A DNA stretch of 64,000 bases from Podarcis muralis (lineage: Eukaryota), in NCBI RefSeq assembly GCF_964188315.1, contig NC_135659.1:50902001-50966000 (forward strand). Direction: 5' to 3'. Under the pieces are notes generated by a model. The model did not search any database and was not told the DNA's origin. It saw only the letters and a list, made by a program, of their open reading frames with translations. Position 1 is the stretch's first letter, and every line of letters begins with the position of its first letter. The position numbers and the translations under genes were made by a program. This document shows, piece after piece, positions 10,156 through 21,667 of the stretch.

Positions 10156-13100
10156 ATGGGCTATTCAGCCCTAGCCACAACAACCTTGCTGCTGCTCCTG
10201 GCAATTGCTGCTACGCTGGCAGACGTGGCTGAGAACAGGACCCGAATATGCCAGCCTGCACCACTCTGGAAGATCAATGGGGTGGCCCCCATGGCTGGGA
10301 TGGAGGGCCAAGTGACAGTGGTGGCACTGTTGAAAGCCAGCTGACAGTTCTGCCTCAAGCAGGCCGCCAGGTGAGTTCATAGAGAAGATTGCCTGAGTCA
10401 GGAGCTGTTAGGTCGCAGCCACACCATACATTTGACGCACATGGCTTTCCCCAAAGAGTCATGGGAACCGCAGTTTAAGAGTGCTGGGAACTGTAGCTCT
10501 CTGAGGGGGTAAATCACAGTTCCCATAATGCTTTGGGGAAAGTCACACGCTTTAAAAAGATGGTCTGGATGTGACTAGAAAGTCAGATATGTGTTGGAAC
10601 CCTGTATCTGGTGTTCAGTGGCAATATCACAGCTCTTAAGGTCACATCTTTGTCCCTACGCTTTCTACCAGGAAACACAGAACTGAACTGATTGTTTATA
10701 AGCTCCAGTTCAACAATCAAAAATTGAGGCCCGGGCTACAGCAGGCCAGATATAACACGCATATAGATGGTGGTTGCAATTTTCCTGGTGAATTACAGCT
10801 CAAGTATAATATGTATCATGTAACTTATTGCTGGATCTATGTAGCAGGAACTGCTGTAATGGCAAATCCAGTGAACTGATAAATGAAGGGGCCTCCGTCC
10901 AGCAGTGCAGGCTCATATCCCACATGGTATATGCAGAGGGCAAGGGCTGGAACCTATAATTGTGCACTGCATTTCCTAAACGTTGCTTGTTCTTCCTACC
11001 CACCAGCCTTGGCAGCTTGCAGAGGAAGCTGTCACTTGAAGGAGTGACCAATGTCAGCTTCATGATTGTGAATGAGAAGACTCCTTTCTCCAGGGCCATG
11101 TACTGGGAGCTCAAACGGCATGCCCCAGAGGGAGTTCCTGTTTACCAGCAGCAGATTCTGGAGCCTGACGTCTGGCAAATTCTAGATGGGGACAAGGATG
11201 ACTTCCTGATCTATGACAGGTCAGTGCTTAAGGGAGCAATTCTAACTCCCCACCCACCCAGACTGATAGGGTTTTTGGAGAGTCAGGGCCACTGCTGTGC
11301 ATAGCAGCCGGGGCAGAAGGGAGGGAAGGCAGATCACTGAGCCAGCTTGGAGCTGGTGCAGCAATTGAGCCTGGAAGAAGCCCAGTTCTGGCAGTGGGAC
11401 CATCTCAGGATCCAATGAACTGCAGGGCGGCTCAGTCCAGCTCCTTCCTTGGCTGCTGAAAGCCCCTGCTGCCACCAGCAGGGATCCCATCAGCAGCACT
11501 AGCGGGGGCAGAAGAGGGTGCTCCGTAGGCAGCTGCTGACGGGAGGCCAATGGGGGTCTGCAGGCCTGGGCAGAAGGAAGGAAAGTAAGATACAGTGGTG
11601 CCCCGCAAGACGAATGCCTCGCAAGACGAAAAACCCGCTAGACGAAAGGGTTTTCCGTTTTTGAGTTGCTTCGCAAGACGATTTTCCCTATGGGCTTGCT
11701 TCGCAAGACGTTTTGCGATTTTTTTTCGCTCCCCCCCTCCCTTTTTCTAAGCCGCTAAGCCTTTAATAGCTGCTAAACCGCTAATAGCGCTAATCCGCTA
11801 AGCCGCTAATAGGGTTGCTTCGCAAGACGAAAAAACCGCTAGACGAAGAGACTCGTGGTACGGATTATTTTCGTCTTGCGAGGCACCACTGTATATGGAA
11901 TTCAGGATTCTTGAATACATTATCAAAAAGTCTGTTTGGGGACACATCTGGAAAGAAAGGACATACCATGATGTAAGTGTTTCTCTTTACCATCATGTCT
12001 CGCAACTGTTGTTGAGGAAAACCAGATTGTTCAGGCCAGGTTAGATTCATTTCCAGTGTAAATTAGTGGATTACAGGCTCTCCTGACACTAACTTTATGT
12101 CCATTTGTTTCCTGGCTCTCGGGCTTTGCAGGTGCAGCAGGCTGGCTTTCCACATCCAGCTGCCATACAGTTTTCTGCACTTGCCCTATGTTGAAGCAGC
12201 CGTGCGGTACACACACAGCAAAGACTACTGCGGCAATTGTTCCTGGTACCCCTCTAACAGCAGCCAGGAGGTAGGGACTTGAATCCCCTCATCAACTTCC
12301 TTTTCAACTATTTTATTTAAGCCAGACATTTCCTCATTTGCCCATCCTGAACTTCTGCCTGGGAATTCTAGGTTTCTAATCAGATCGGTCTTACAGCAGG
12401 GATGTGGGAGCAGAAGGTGGAAGGGAGGGTTTTATTATATTGGGCCACTACAGCAAGCAAGGAGAAAGGATGTTGAGATACCACAAAGCATCTTTCATCT
12501 TGACAGGAAGTAAACCATCTTGAAATAAAAACCTCAGAAGCAAATTGCAGATGGAGACACCAGGTCTGCCACAGTCACAGATAGTGTAGCGTGGAGGGGT
12601 CCAGGAGAACCCAGGTGGGAGGACATGCTAAAACCCCCCCCCCCACTTTCAGCTTCTCACACTCCCCCAAGTGCTTTTCTCCCCAGTTGAGTTCAGATAC
12701 TAAAAGTGAGATTGACTTGGAGAAAGACACTTTGGAACAGAAGCTGTGTGGCATCAAGTGCAGGAAAGGTTTGGTTCCCCTCACCCAGGCACCCCTTTTC
12801 TCTAAAGTCAACCCCACCTTCCTGTTTTGCACATGGTGAGGCAAGACCTGGATCTGCTGCTATCATGTACTGCTTGAGCCTCACCCAGTAGCCATTGTCT
12901 GCCCTCAGTTATTGAAAAAAATAAATTAACACCCTTAATTTGTCAGGTTGAAGTGCTTCCTGTTCCCAATGAATGGGAGCATATTGTTCCTTGGACAGAA
13001 GAAATAATAACTGCTGTCTTGTCCTGTGGTGTCACTTCCTGCCCCATCAGTGATCTGAAAGTTCATTCCTCAAGGTGGGATTGCAGGAGGCCCCTGATGT

Positions 13101-13893
13101 ATTACCTATTTTAGTTTTTTGCTGCCCCGATAGCCAATGCAGCAAAATATTATAAATACCTTTTAAGCCATTTCGACCATACCGAGAGTGAAGTCAAACA
13201 GATCTCCTTCCAGGAGTCGGTGCAGGTTTTTCTGATCTGGAGAAATCAAACCTTCTTCCCTCCCTGCTCTTTTGAGAGAGATATATACTTGGCTTAAACT
13301 CCTGTACAGCTTTTTGCCTCTCAAACTTTGGGCTTTTAAAAACCATTTCTACGCCTAAACATCCAGCATGTTTACTCATTTAAACTTCTATTTTACACAT
13401 TCTTTAAAACCACTTTTTAAGTGACTGCCAGGCAATCACCATTCTTCACAGCCAATTTCTCCTGAAAACAGAAAGTAGCAGTTGTTCTGAGCTCAGTTGA
13501 TTTTGGAAGTTTACATATTTTGTCAAAAAGGGCTGAATGCAGATCCCTTCAGATATATACATCCATCTTCACTTTTAAAAATGTGTTTCTGTCTTCACCC
13601 TAAGCCCATCTGTATACTAGAATCTTTCATTACCTTCACAGGTGAATAAGACAGCAAGTACTAACGTGACGACAACTGAGGCATCTGGACACAAAGAGAA
13701 GCACCTGGAAGAACCCAGGTACCATCACGATGAGCCAAGCCAAGAAGCACCTAACACCAAGCACATAGCCCATCACTATTCACATCATGGAGGAGTCGGC
13801 AACCATAAAGCCTTGGGTTTGAGCAGTACACACCAGCCAGTTCTCCACTCTCAGAATCGCTCACAGAAGCATCAAACAAGGGAATCCCCATAA
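10156..13893 (+). CDS. SELENOP2: Selenoprotein P2 (SelPb), 272 aa, with Sec encoded by UGA at 10342-10344 (codon 63)
   Basis: Exons 10156-10370, 11007-11219, 12132-12270 and 13642-13893 are all GT-AG, total 819 nt and are in frame. Signal peptide, VTVVALLKAS-U-QFC (UxxC), GDKDDFLIYDRC, LAFHIQLPYSFLHLPYVE, CGNCS and a His-rich C-terminus are present; there is no Sec-rich tail. A SECIS lies downstream. Confidence 0.93.
11593..11891. mobile_element. Tc1/mariner (Tigger-like) MITE in SELENOP2 intron 2
   Basis: TIRs CAGTGGTGCC(C/T)CGCAAGACGAA, TA flanks, internal CGCAAGACG and CCGCTAA repeats. Confidence 0.9.
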
Positions 13894-14389
13894 AACATTT
13901 AAACTTCAACGTATGCAACACCCAACTGTTAGCCATAAGCATACTTAGCACTAAGCAAGCTTTTAAGAAGAGCCAGGGGGCAAACTTACATGCATCAGAA
14001 GGAAGAAATATGATGGCTCAGTTTTCAGCAGGGGAAGGGAAGTGAATGTTCCACTCCCTAATCATTCAAGGTCTCTCAACAGATAGCAGAGGACACAACA
14101 AAAACTTTTGTTGTGTCATATATGTGATTGGAAAGTTTAACTGCTTGTCCACAATGAGACTTCTATCCTCATTTTGAATCTGTCTCCCAGTTAACCTCAT
14201 ATCCACCAGTTTTGTTCCACCAAGCCTTAAGGTGGTGTTCCTCTTGGGCTCGGATGGATTTTTAGATACATCCCATTTCTGTGGTGAGGACCGCCTAAGG
14301 AAGCCATCTTGTTTTCCTCAGGAACACAGAGCTGCTATGGTAATCAGCTTCTTGAGAAGCCAATTTTGACCCCATTTTTGCATTTCCTG

Positions 14390-14458
14390 CTTTTCTGCAC
14401 TCAATGAAGCATGTGATGTAAACTTTCTGTCACCACATGCTGACACCGTACATAAAAG
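14390..14458 (+). ncRNA. SECIS element (form 2) in SELENOP2 3'UTR
   Basis: ATGA at 14404, helix GCATGTG/CACATGC, apical AAA at 14420-14422 with AC/GT mini-stem, TGAC at 14441 completing the quartet, and lower helix CTTTTCTGCAC/GTACATAAAAG. About 500 nt after the stop codon. Confidence 0.88.
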
Positions 14459-17269
14459 CATGTCCTTGGAGATGGAAGGATGGGGATCAGAACTGGTATT
14501 AGCAGGAGGATGACTGACTGTGGCAGAGAAGGCTGACTTTGAGCCTAGGGCTCAAGATTTTGTACATTAAAGTCCATGCACACAAATTACTAGCTTGTAA
14601 AAAGACATTTGTTGTATTGCTGGAAGTAAAGAACATTTGCGGTTTGTAGGAATGGAAGTGGTGAGACAGAATTAGCCAAGTTTGCAGTTTGATAGAGGTA
14701 TGAAAGACAGAGAAGTCTGAGGTGAGAGTTGAGTTTGTCAGGGCTATGAGAGCTGAACAAGGGAAGAAAATGCCATTTGTCAGGAAAATTCATGAAAAGG
14801 GATGCACTGCTTGCTGATTAAAAGTAGTATAACTGTTTCTGGGAAAGAATGTTGGAAATAAATTCTCTGAAATGTTTGAAGTCTTTGCTCACAATACCTT
14901 AATGTACAAATGGTGCCATTTATTTCAGACAGTACACAGCATTGTAGAACACGTATTCACCTTCAACGTTTAAGAGATGTCCCATAGTTTATCTGCATTT
15001 TTGGCATACTAAGCAGTCCTTATTGAGAATAGTCCAGGTTCCTGTTATTTGTTGAAGGTCAGTGAATTGGTGCACACTGTACAAGTCCTCCACATCCCAG
15101 TTTTAGGAAGCTACTGCTACAAATATTTACGGGAGGGTGTAATCTGTCTTTATTGTATTGTTAATGCTGATATGTATCCACCTATAATCTGTTTATTCCA
15201 AAGTAACCCTAGTTAGTAAAGCCAGCTAGACTAGACTGCAAATGGTGGCAGCTGCCCATAGGTTTATGGCATTTCTTTGAAAGCCTCAATTCCTTTTTAT
15301 TACATCTCAGCTGGTGGCTAAAGGGACCAATCTTCAATTTACAGGACCTGCCATAGGTATAACATCTATAATAGGTAGCTCGCAATTATAACCCTGCTGA
15401 TTACACTCACACATGCTGTAGACTGGAGTGAAGAACTTATTTCAGCCCAAGGGCCACATTTGCTTCTGGGTAGCCTTCTGAGGGCTGCCTGCCAGTGGTG
15501 CACAGGGCCAGAGGCAAAAGGGAATGAAGCAACAATGGTTAATTTTACCTTGCATACCAGTAGGCTAGTTTCTTCATGCTCACACATTCCTCTCTATTCT
15601 TCACCCAGGCAAGCAAGAAGCATGATCAGAATTCAATGAAATAAATGAAATAAAACAGTTCTTCACCTGGCCCCAGATATTCATAAGGCTTGCTGCTGGT
15701 GTCAGGCAAGCTTTTCTAGGAAAGACAGGGCAGTATAGCTGGAAAGACCCAATCAGAGTCCCTGAAAGTGGGGAGATCTAAAGAAGGGCCTCCTGGTATA
15801 ATATTAGTAGTTCAGGAGGTTCTTGTGGAAGAAGGCAGCCTTTGAAATTCTGCAAGCAATAAAAGGGCATTAGGCTGTCAGTGAGGTGCTTATAGTTAAC
15901 AAGCCACCTTTGGTGTAAACAGCATACTTACTGCAGATTTATTTATCCCCTTGTGTATATCAAAACTTTCCTGATATCTGTACATGCTGGCTACTCTTAA
16001 CATACATGTATTAGAGCTATAACATAATTAATAGCTTTTGGTAATATGTCATATAATTAATCGCCTTCACCCAGGGCATAACCAGCACAATGGACTCTAA
16101 ATAAAATACTCTCAACTGTGATTCAACTTGCAACCTTAGTTGCTTAACAACTAGTTTAATGTTCTTAGCAGTCTTGCTCTCCACAATACATAACGTAGTA
16201 ACAAACAAAAACAATATCCCCACCCCACCGTGCAGCCATATGGTAGCTGCTATGATCTGGTGTAATATTTGATTACTTGCCCAACTGACATGCAAAGATT
16301 TAGCTGTCCTTCCCACATGCTGTTCCGTTCCCTTTTTATGTTCCTTTAGTTCATTTCCTACTTATGTACATACCTAGCTGAAATCATCCCTGCCCCCCAG
16401 AAATCTGCAGAGGCCCAATCTACAGCAGCTAGGTCATAATTTAATTGTTAAGAGACTATTTTCTTGCTGATAGTTTTGTACCAAACAAAGTAATTATATG
16501 GCTGGCTTGTTTTGGTTTTTTTAACATTCCAATTGTATTTACAATCTCTTCCCTTTATTTCTATGTACAGTATTACCATTATTAATTACCAAAGAAAAAA
16601 TATTCAGTAGTACTAGTGCTAAAAAAAGATGGGCAAAATTATGTTTTGCTTAGGACAACAACATTCCTACCTAATGCTGGCCTTGGGCTCTGATCCAGCT
16701 TTCCTGATGCTCTCTGCCCCAGCCCACAGCTCCCATTATCCAAACTAAACTCCTTTGCGTCATGTCCTGTTTGCTTACATTTGCAGCAGAGTCCACAGGT
16801 TCACAGCAAAACTGGAGCAAGGCTATTATTATCATGTTTAATGCTAATCTCATCTAACATGCAGGTCAAATATTTGCTAAAGATCCTCTTTAAACTGGCC
16901 CCTCTATTTGCAGCAGCCAGAAAATCTCTTATAGTTTGCCTGTTTATGCCTACTCAGAAAAAAGCCTCATTTGAGTTCTATGGCACTTACTGCCAAGTAT
17001 GTGGGTATAGCATTGCAGATGTAGTCTCTTTTTGATGGACAAGGCTGGCCCTACCATTGGGCAGAGTGAAGCAGCCACCTCAGATGGTAGATGGTAGGGG
17101 GATAAAAGTGGAGGCAAGATGTTGGAAGAGAATTGCCTGTGCCACACACAGCCTCCCCTGCTGCCCTCAGGCATGGTGGAGGATGCAATCCCATTGCGAA
17201 TGGAAAAAGAAGACATCTGAAGGCCGCCCTGCATAGGGAAGTTTTGTAATGTTTAATTATGTTTTTATA

Positions 17270-17350
17270 TATGTTGGAAGCAGTCCAGAGTGGCTGGGGC
17301 AACCCAGTCAGATGGGTGGGGTGCAAATAATAAAACTATTTTTATTATTA
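17270..17350 (+). mobile_element. LINE (L2-like) 3' tail
   Basis: GCAGTCCAGAGTGGCTGGGGCAACCCAGTCAGATGGGTGGGG...AATAATAAA plus (TTA)n. A closely related copy is at ~42280-42350 and a more distant one at ~50050-50160. Confidence 0.6.
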
Positions 17351-17973
17351 CATGTATTTTGCCTTGGTACTAAATCACATTAGGGTTTTGTTTGACTGCA
17401 TGGTTACAGAATCAAATCAAATAGATGCTCAGTTAAAGGAGCCTTAGCATTTAGGGTAGAATTGGTAGAACAGCAAAGTCTTTCCCACCGATTTTTATTG
17501 TTAAAGCTCTCCAGAGGGAAGCAGTAACAATATTATTGATGTTATCATCTTCCCCTCTAATAATTTTTCTCCATGGATATTGGAAGTGACTTTGACTGGA
17601 TGAGAAGCGTTTTGGGAGGAACTATGGAAAATTAAGTACTGAGTGAAAAGGAGGGTTCGGATCCTCTTACCTTCTGAATAATTTGCCTTAAAAATCAAAC
17701 CTACACAAGTCTACAGTGTGGGTAGTATAGCACACATAGAAAGGAGTGATAAAATTTGCTAGGCTACAGTCTGTGAGGAACAGTCCTCCTCCCTCCCTTC
17801 GTGTATGCTCTGTTTACAATTCCCCCTGCATTTGCACCCATAAGCTTGTCTCTTACTTGCCTAGCAGCGAGGACCATGAGGTTGTGTAAACATCTGTACA
17901 GCTTTTTTATCTTCTACTTAACATTGTCATTTGCTCTAGAGGCCCTTTAACCCTGTTCATCTGAGGGATCAGC

Positions 17974-18118
17974 NNNNNNNNNNNNNNNNNNNNNNNNNNN
18001 NNNNNNNNNNNNNNNNNNNNNNNNNNNNNNNNNNNNNNNNNNNNNNNNNNNNNNNNNNNNNNNNNNNNNNNNNNNNNNNNNNNNNNNNNNNNNNNNNNNN
18101 NNNNNNNNNNNNNNNNNN
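17974..18118. other. Assembly gap (145 N)
   Basis: Run of N. Confidence 1.
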
Positions 18119-20539
18119 GTGTCCATGTCTATTTCTCCATGGAATCCACACTATGGGCTGCCTTCAGGAGATGTAGTACTTCTGTTGGAAGCCTCAAAAG
18201 TGGGACAGCATTAGGCTTTAATCAGCAACGGAGGAGGCAGCTGAGGGGTAAATATGCTTTAATGCCTCTTAAGTACACTTTCCCTGCCCAATCCACTTTC
18301 CCCTGTTGGGCAGTGAAGTAAAAAGAAACAAAAACCTATCTAGCCAATTCAGAGGGGTTTTGTTAACTAGCTTCATTATTCAATTAAAGTGTCTAACGGT
18401 GCTGTAGCAACTCATTTATAGAAAATGGTCTGGCACATTTAAAGTTTACACATGTAGAGTAATTGCTTCCATTGGAATGTTATGTTCATATAGTATTCAG
18501 GAGTATTTACATAGGTGATACAATATAAAATCCAACATGCTAATGAGTTTCTAAAACTTATTTAAGAGCCATTCCCTATAGATAGCCCATGTTTGATTAT
18601 TCTTTAAGTTTGCAATTTTATACATACTGATTACAGTGTAAAATCTTACATGCACACTGAAATCACTAGGATTTTCTTCTGGATACGAATGCATGGGATT
18701 CTGCTTTGAATCTTTCACCATCTGTTCTATAATAAGAGTCCTCACATGTAATTCCCAAGTATAAAACTCATTTATCAAATAATTCATTCAAAGCAGTATG
18801 CTTCTGGTTTACAATGATATTCATTTTATAATGAGCTCAGAAAAGTTTAAGAAATTATTTCAAATCATCATTTTAAACAATATTTCTACTGACAACTCAG
18901 AAGTCCTCTCGTGAATATGTAGGTTTTATAATGTATAGCTTCTACAAAATATTGGTAGAGCTTCATAAAATACAGTAAGAATAATTACTTCACTCTAATG
19001 TATATGATTCTATTTTTGCATGAAAGTACATTTGAAAACTAGCTGTGAGCTCAAAACTCCTAAAAATAAGAACAGTCTTCTCCAGCACATCTAAATATTT
19101 TATTTTTGTTTTAGGTATGGGTTGCTGCAACTTTAATGGCAACTTTCTGCAATTTTAAATCCCACACCTACAAAAAAAAGTTTTAAGAACAGCTTACAAC
19201 ATATAATTTTAAAAAGCATAATGATTAATCTCCAGGTTCTGTGGCACCAGTTCTTATCCTGCTTATCTTCACGTGCTTTGGAGGTGTGGTAAGCTAGATT
19301 TCTACATCCATAATCGACAGTGTTATCTGCCAATATCATAATGATGTTGAAAAGTTGTGCGCTCCGCATGCAAGGATCAATGTGGCCATTGTTCTTGGTA
19401 CGCAAGTATGAAGCTCTTCTGATTCCTAATCCTCATTAATCTTACTCCTTGTACACAAGAAGAAATAGCAGCTGCCTTTGTTAGCTCCCCTCTATTTTTC
19501 TAGCAGTTAATTCTGTTTGTCTGTGTGATACACCAGATGCCTATTATTACCTTCACAGGTGTGTAACACAGCAAAGACTAGTATGATGGCAAGTGAGGAT
19601 ACAAAACATGGAGAATCAGAAGGAAAGGAGAGCCAAGGAACACTCAGCCCTGGGTACAAAGCTCACAGAAAATAGAAAACAGCTACAGAAGCCTTGGGTG
19701 TGTGCCAGCACATTTCAGCCACTCCTCTTAGAGCCACCCATAGAAGCAGGGCAAGGGGGATAAAGTGAAGGGACTGCCTCAGAAGAATGTACTTTGAATT
19801 AACCAGAAGTCTGCTAGTAATCCTTACTGCATTAATCCACTTGACGCTATCAATTTAAAAGAGGATCCCAGAAATAGGAGGTATTTGAATATCACCATCA
19901 TAATTGATGTTCTGTAATCTTAGAAAATCAAGTCCTTTTAATATAGTGCCTTGTGGGGACATTTCCTAATGTTAGGTGGCAGTGCCACATTGTGGGTTCT
20001 GTCAGTTAGTGCAGCAAGTACTGTTTCCCGCTTCCTCAGGATATTCCCCAAATTGCAGGATGTTCAACCTGAATGGGTTCTCAAGATCAAGCACTTTTTG
20101 CAGCTCTTTTGTTTTCTAATGCTTGGACAAGTAAAGGAAGTTTGCTTTTAAGATGCCATTTTATCAATTTATATATCATATATTACTCCTTTCATATTTC
20201 TGGGAAGTATGCTGATCCTCCAATTTACTGAGCGCAGGTGTGAAACATGTAATCTTGATCTACCTCAGTCTGGCTTCAGGTTGTTTTGGGACCTAGTCAG
20301 CATTAGTGGTCCTGATGGGTGACCTTGATCACAGGAGACATAGGAGGGTGTGACCCTGCAGCTCACTCTTTTTTGACAACAATCATGGTACCCACTTGGA
20401 CCAGCCATGTTGGCTGGGGATTTGTGGCACTGTACTTCACTGGTTCTGTTCCTTTCTGCAGGACCTTTCCAGACTATAAACCCCTGGCATTTTTACTATT
20501 GGGTCTCTCACGGTACCATCACATCCCCAATGCTTCTAA

Positions 20540-20880
20540 ACATCTACCAGGTTACCTAAATGACCACCTTATCCCTTATAAACCAGCCAGATCACAGCAC
20601 TCTTCTGAAGCCCTCCTGACATACTGGTAGATTAAGTTTCTATGGGAACCAACATTTAGCATAGCAGCACAGGTGCATTGTTTCAAGACTTACCACTTTG
20701 ATAATTTGCCACTGATAAAAGTTGCTTTCTCCAGTCATTTTGAGATGATTTATTTGATTCCTTGTTGGTAATTTGATCTGTATTTTATGTTGTTTTATTG
20801 TACTGTATACTGCCATGATTTTTTTCTATGACTTAGCAGTTCATACACTTGGAAACAGAAAATAAATAATGTAGAGAAAT
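20540..20880 (+). mobile_element. L2 LINE 3' fragment
   Basis: Translation GYLNDHLIPYKPARSQHSSEALL resembles the L2 ORF2 C-terminus, followed by a T-rich UTR and AATAAATAA. Confidence 0.5.
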
Positions 20881-21667
20881 TCCAGAACTGCGTAAGTACA
20901 CAAAATGTTGTGAGAGGGAAAGGACCATATCAGAGCCAGTACTGATAGGAAGGCAATTAGGACTACGCAAGGACTAAGATCAATGGATGATTTTAGGCTT
21001 GCGGTTCAGGTTTTGGATAGTGAAGGTCTGTAAGTCAATGAGTTATTAGACTGAAGGCTGCAGCATCTGTTACATGGCTAAAAGGGTTTGGCAACATGGT
21101 TAACAAAGTCTATGTAGCAGGGGTTGCATAAAGCTTAGGGTTTTTTACATGTTGAGATGTATTTGATTATCTTTTCACACCCAGCTCAGAAATACCATCT
21201 ATTACAAGCTATTGCATGTTCCTGCTATACTGAGATCACTCAATTAATTAGAGACATAGGATTCCCATTTCCCCCCGAGTTTAATGACAGTACAAAACAT
21301 CAGAAAAACCGACTGTTCTACATGCATCCCTGGGCCAATCATATACATGTTACTGGTCCTTTTTATCCACACTAGCACAAGGAGCAATTTCCCTTTCCTG
21401 GTTCTGATCAAAAGGACATATACTATTAACAATAGCTATTAAGTACTGACCAATGTTTCAGTTCATAATCCATTTACTCCAAAGCTGTCCTAGTAACGTA
21501 CATTGGATTGATCCAGAATAAATGGCATCTGAACTATAAACCAGTTAGCTCACAATAATTTTACTATTAAAAATAAAGGGAATGACAAGTACAGGTCTGC
21601 TTTTACTTATACAGGTTACAGAATAGATGCCTTGTACAAAAAAAAACACCCCAATCACACAGCACAT

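Larger units (their letters stand above)
15689..19770 (+). pseudogene. Decayed tandem duplicate of SELENOP2
   Basis: Collinear homologues of exon 1 (~15689-15865), exon 2 (~17505-17665), exon 3 (19284-~19405: RCGKLDFYIH...KDQCGHCSWY) and exon 4 (19559-~19770: VCNTAKTS...EALGV). Frameshifts, stops at 19339/19342/19348/19673, and the exon 3 acceptor changed from CAG to GAG. Confidence 0.8.

Noticed and set aside
11593-11891. CGCAAGACG repeats as a CRISPR-like array
   Set aside because: Eukaryotic DNA; irregular spacing inside a TIR/TA-bounded MITE.
17876-18250. Signal-peptide-like MRLCKHLYSFFIFYLTLSFALEAL* and VVLLLEAS as exon 1 of the duplicate
   Set aside because: It lies after the exon 2 homologue (wrong order). 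The 15689-15865 segment gives a longer collinear match to exon 1.
19339-19350. Clustered in-frame TGAs in the SELENOP2 duplicate as extra Sec codons
   Set aside because: They follow a hard TAA and arise from a local frameshift (TAT GTT GAA read out of frame). No SECIS was recognised downstream.
19133-19405. 90-aa minus-strand ORF as a novel gene
   Set aside because: It is antisense to pseudo-exon 3 of the SELENOP2 duplicate and has no recognisable homology.
14900-21600. MMACHC, expected from human synteny
   Set aside because: No segment resembling its motifs (FEVYPF, LAQTAAHVAG, HPRFGGWF) was found by eye on either strand.
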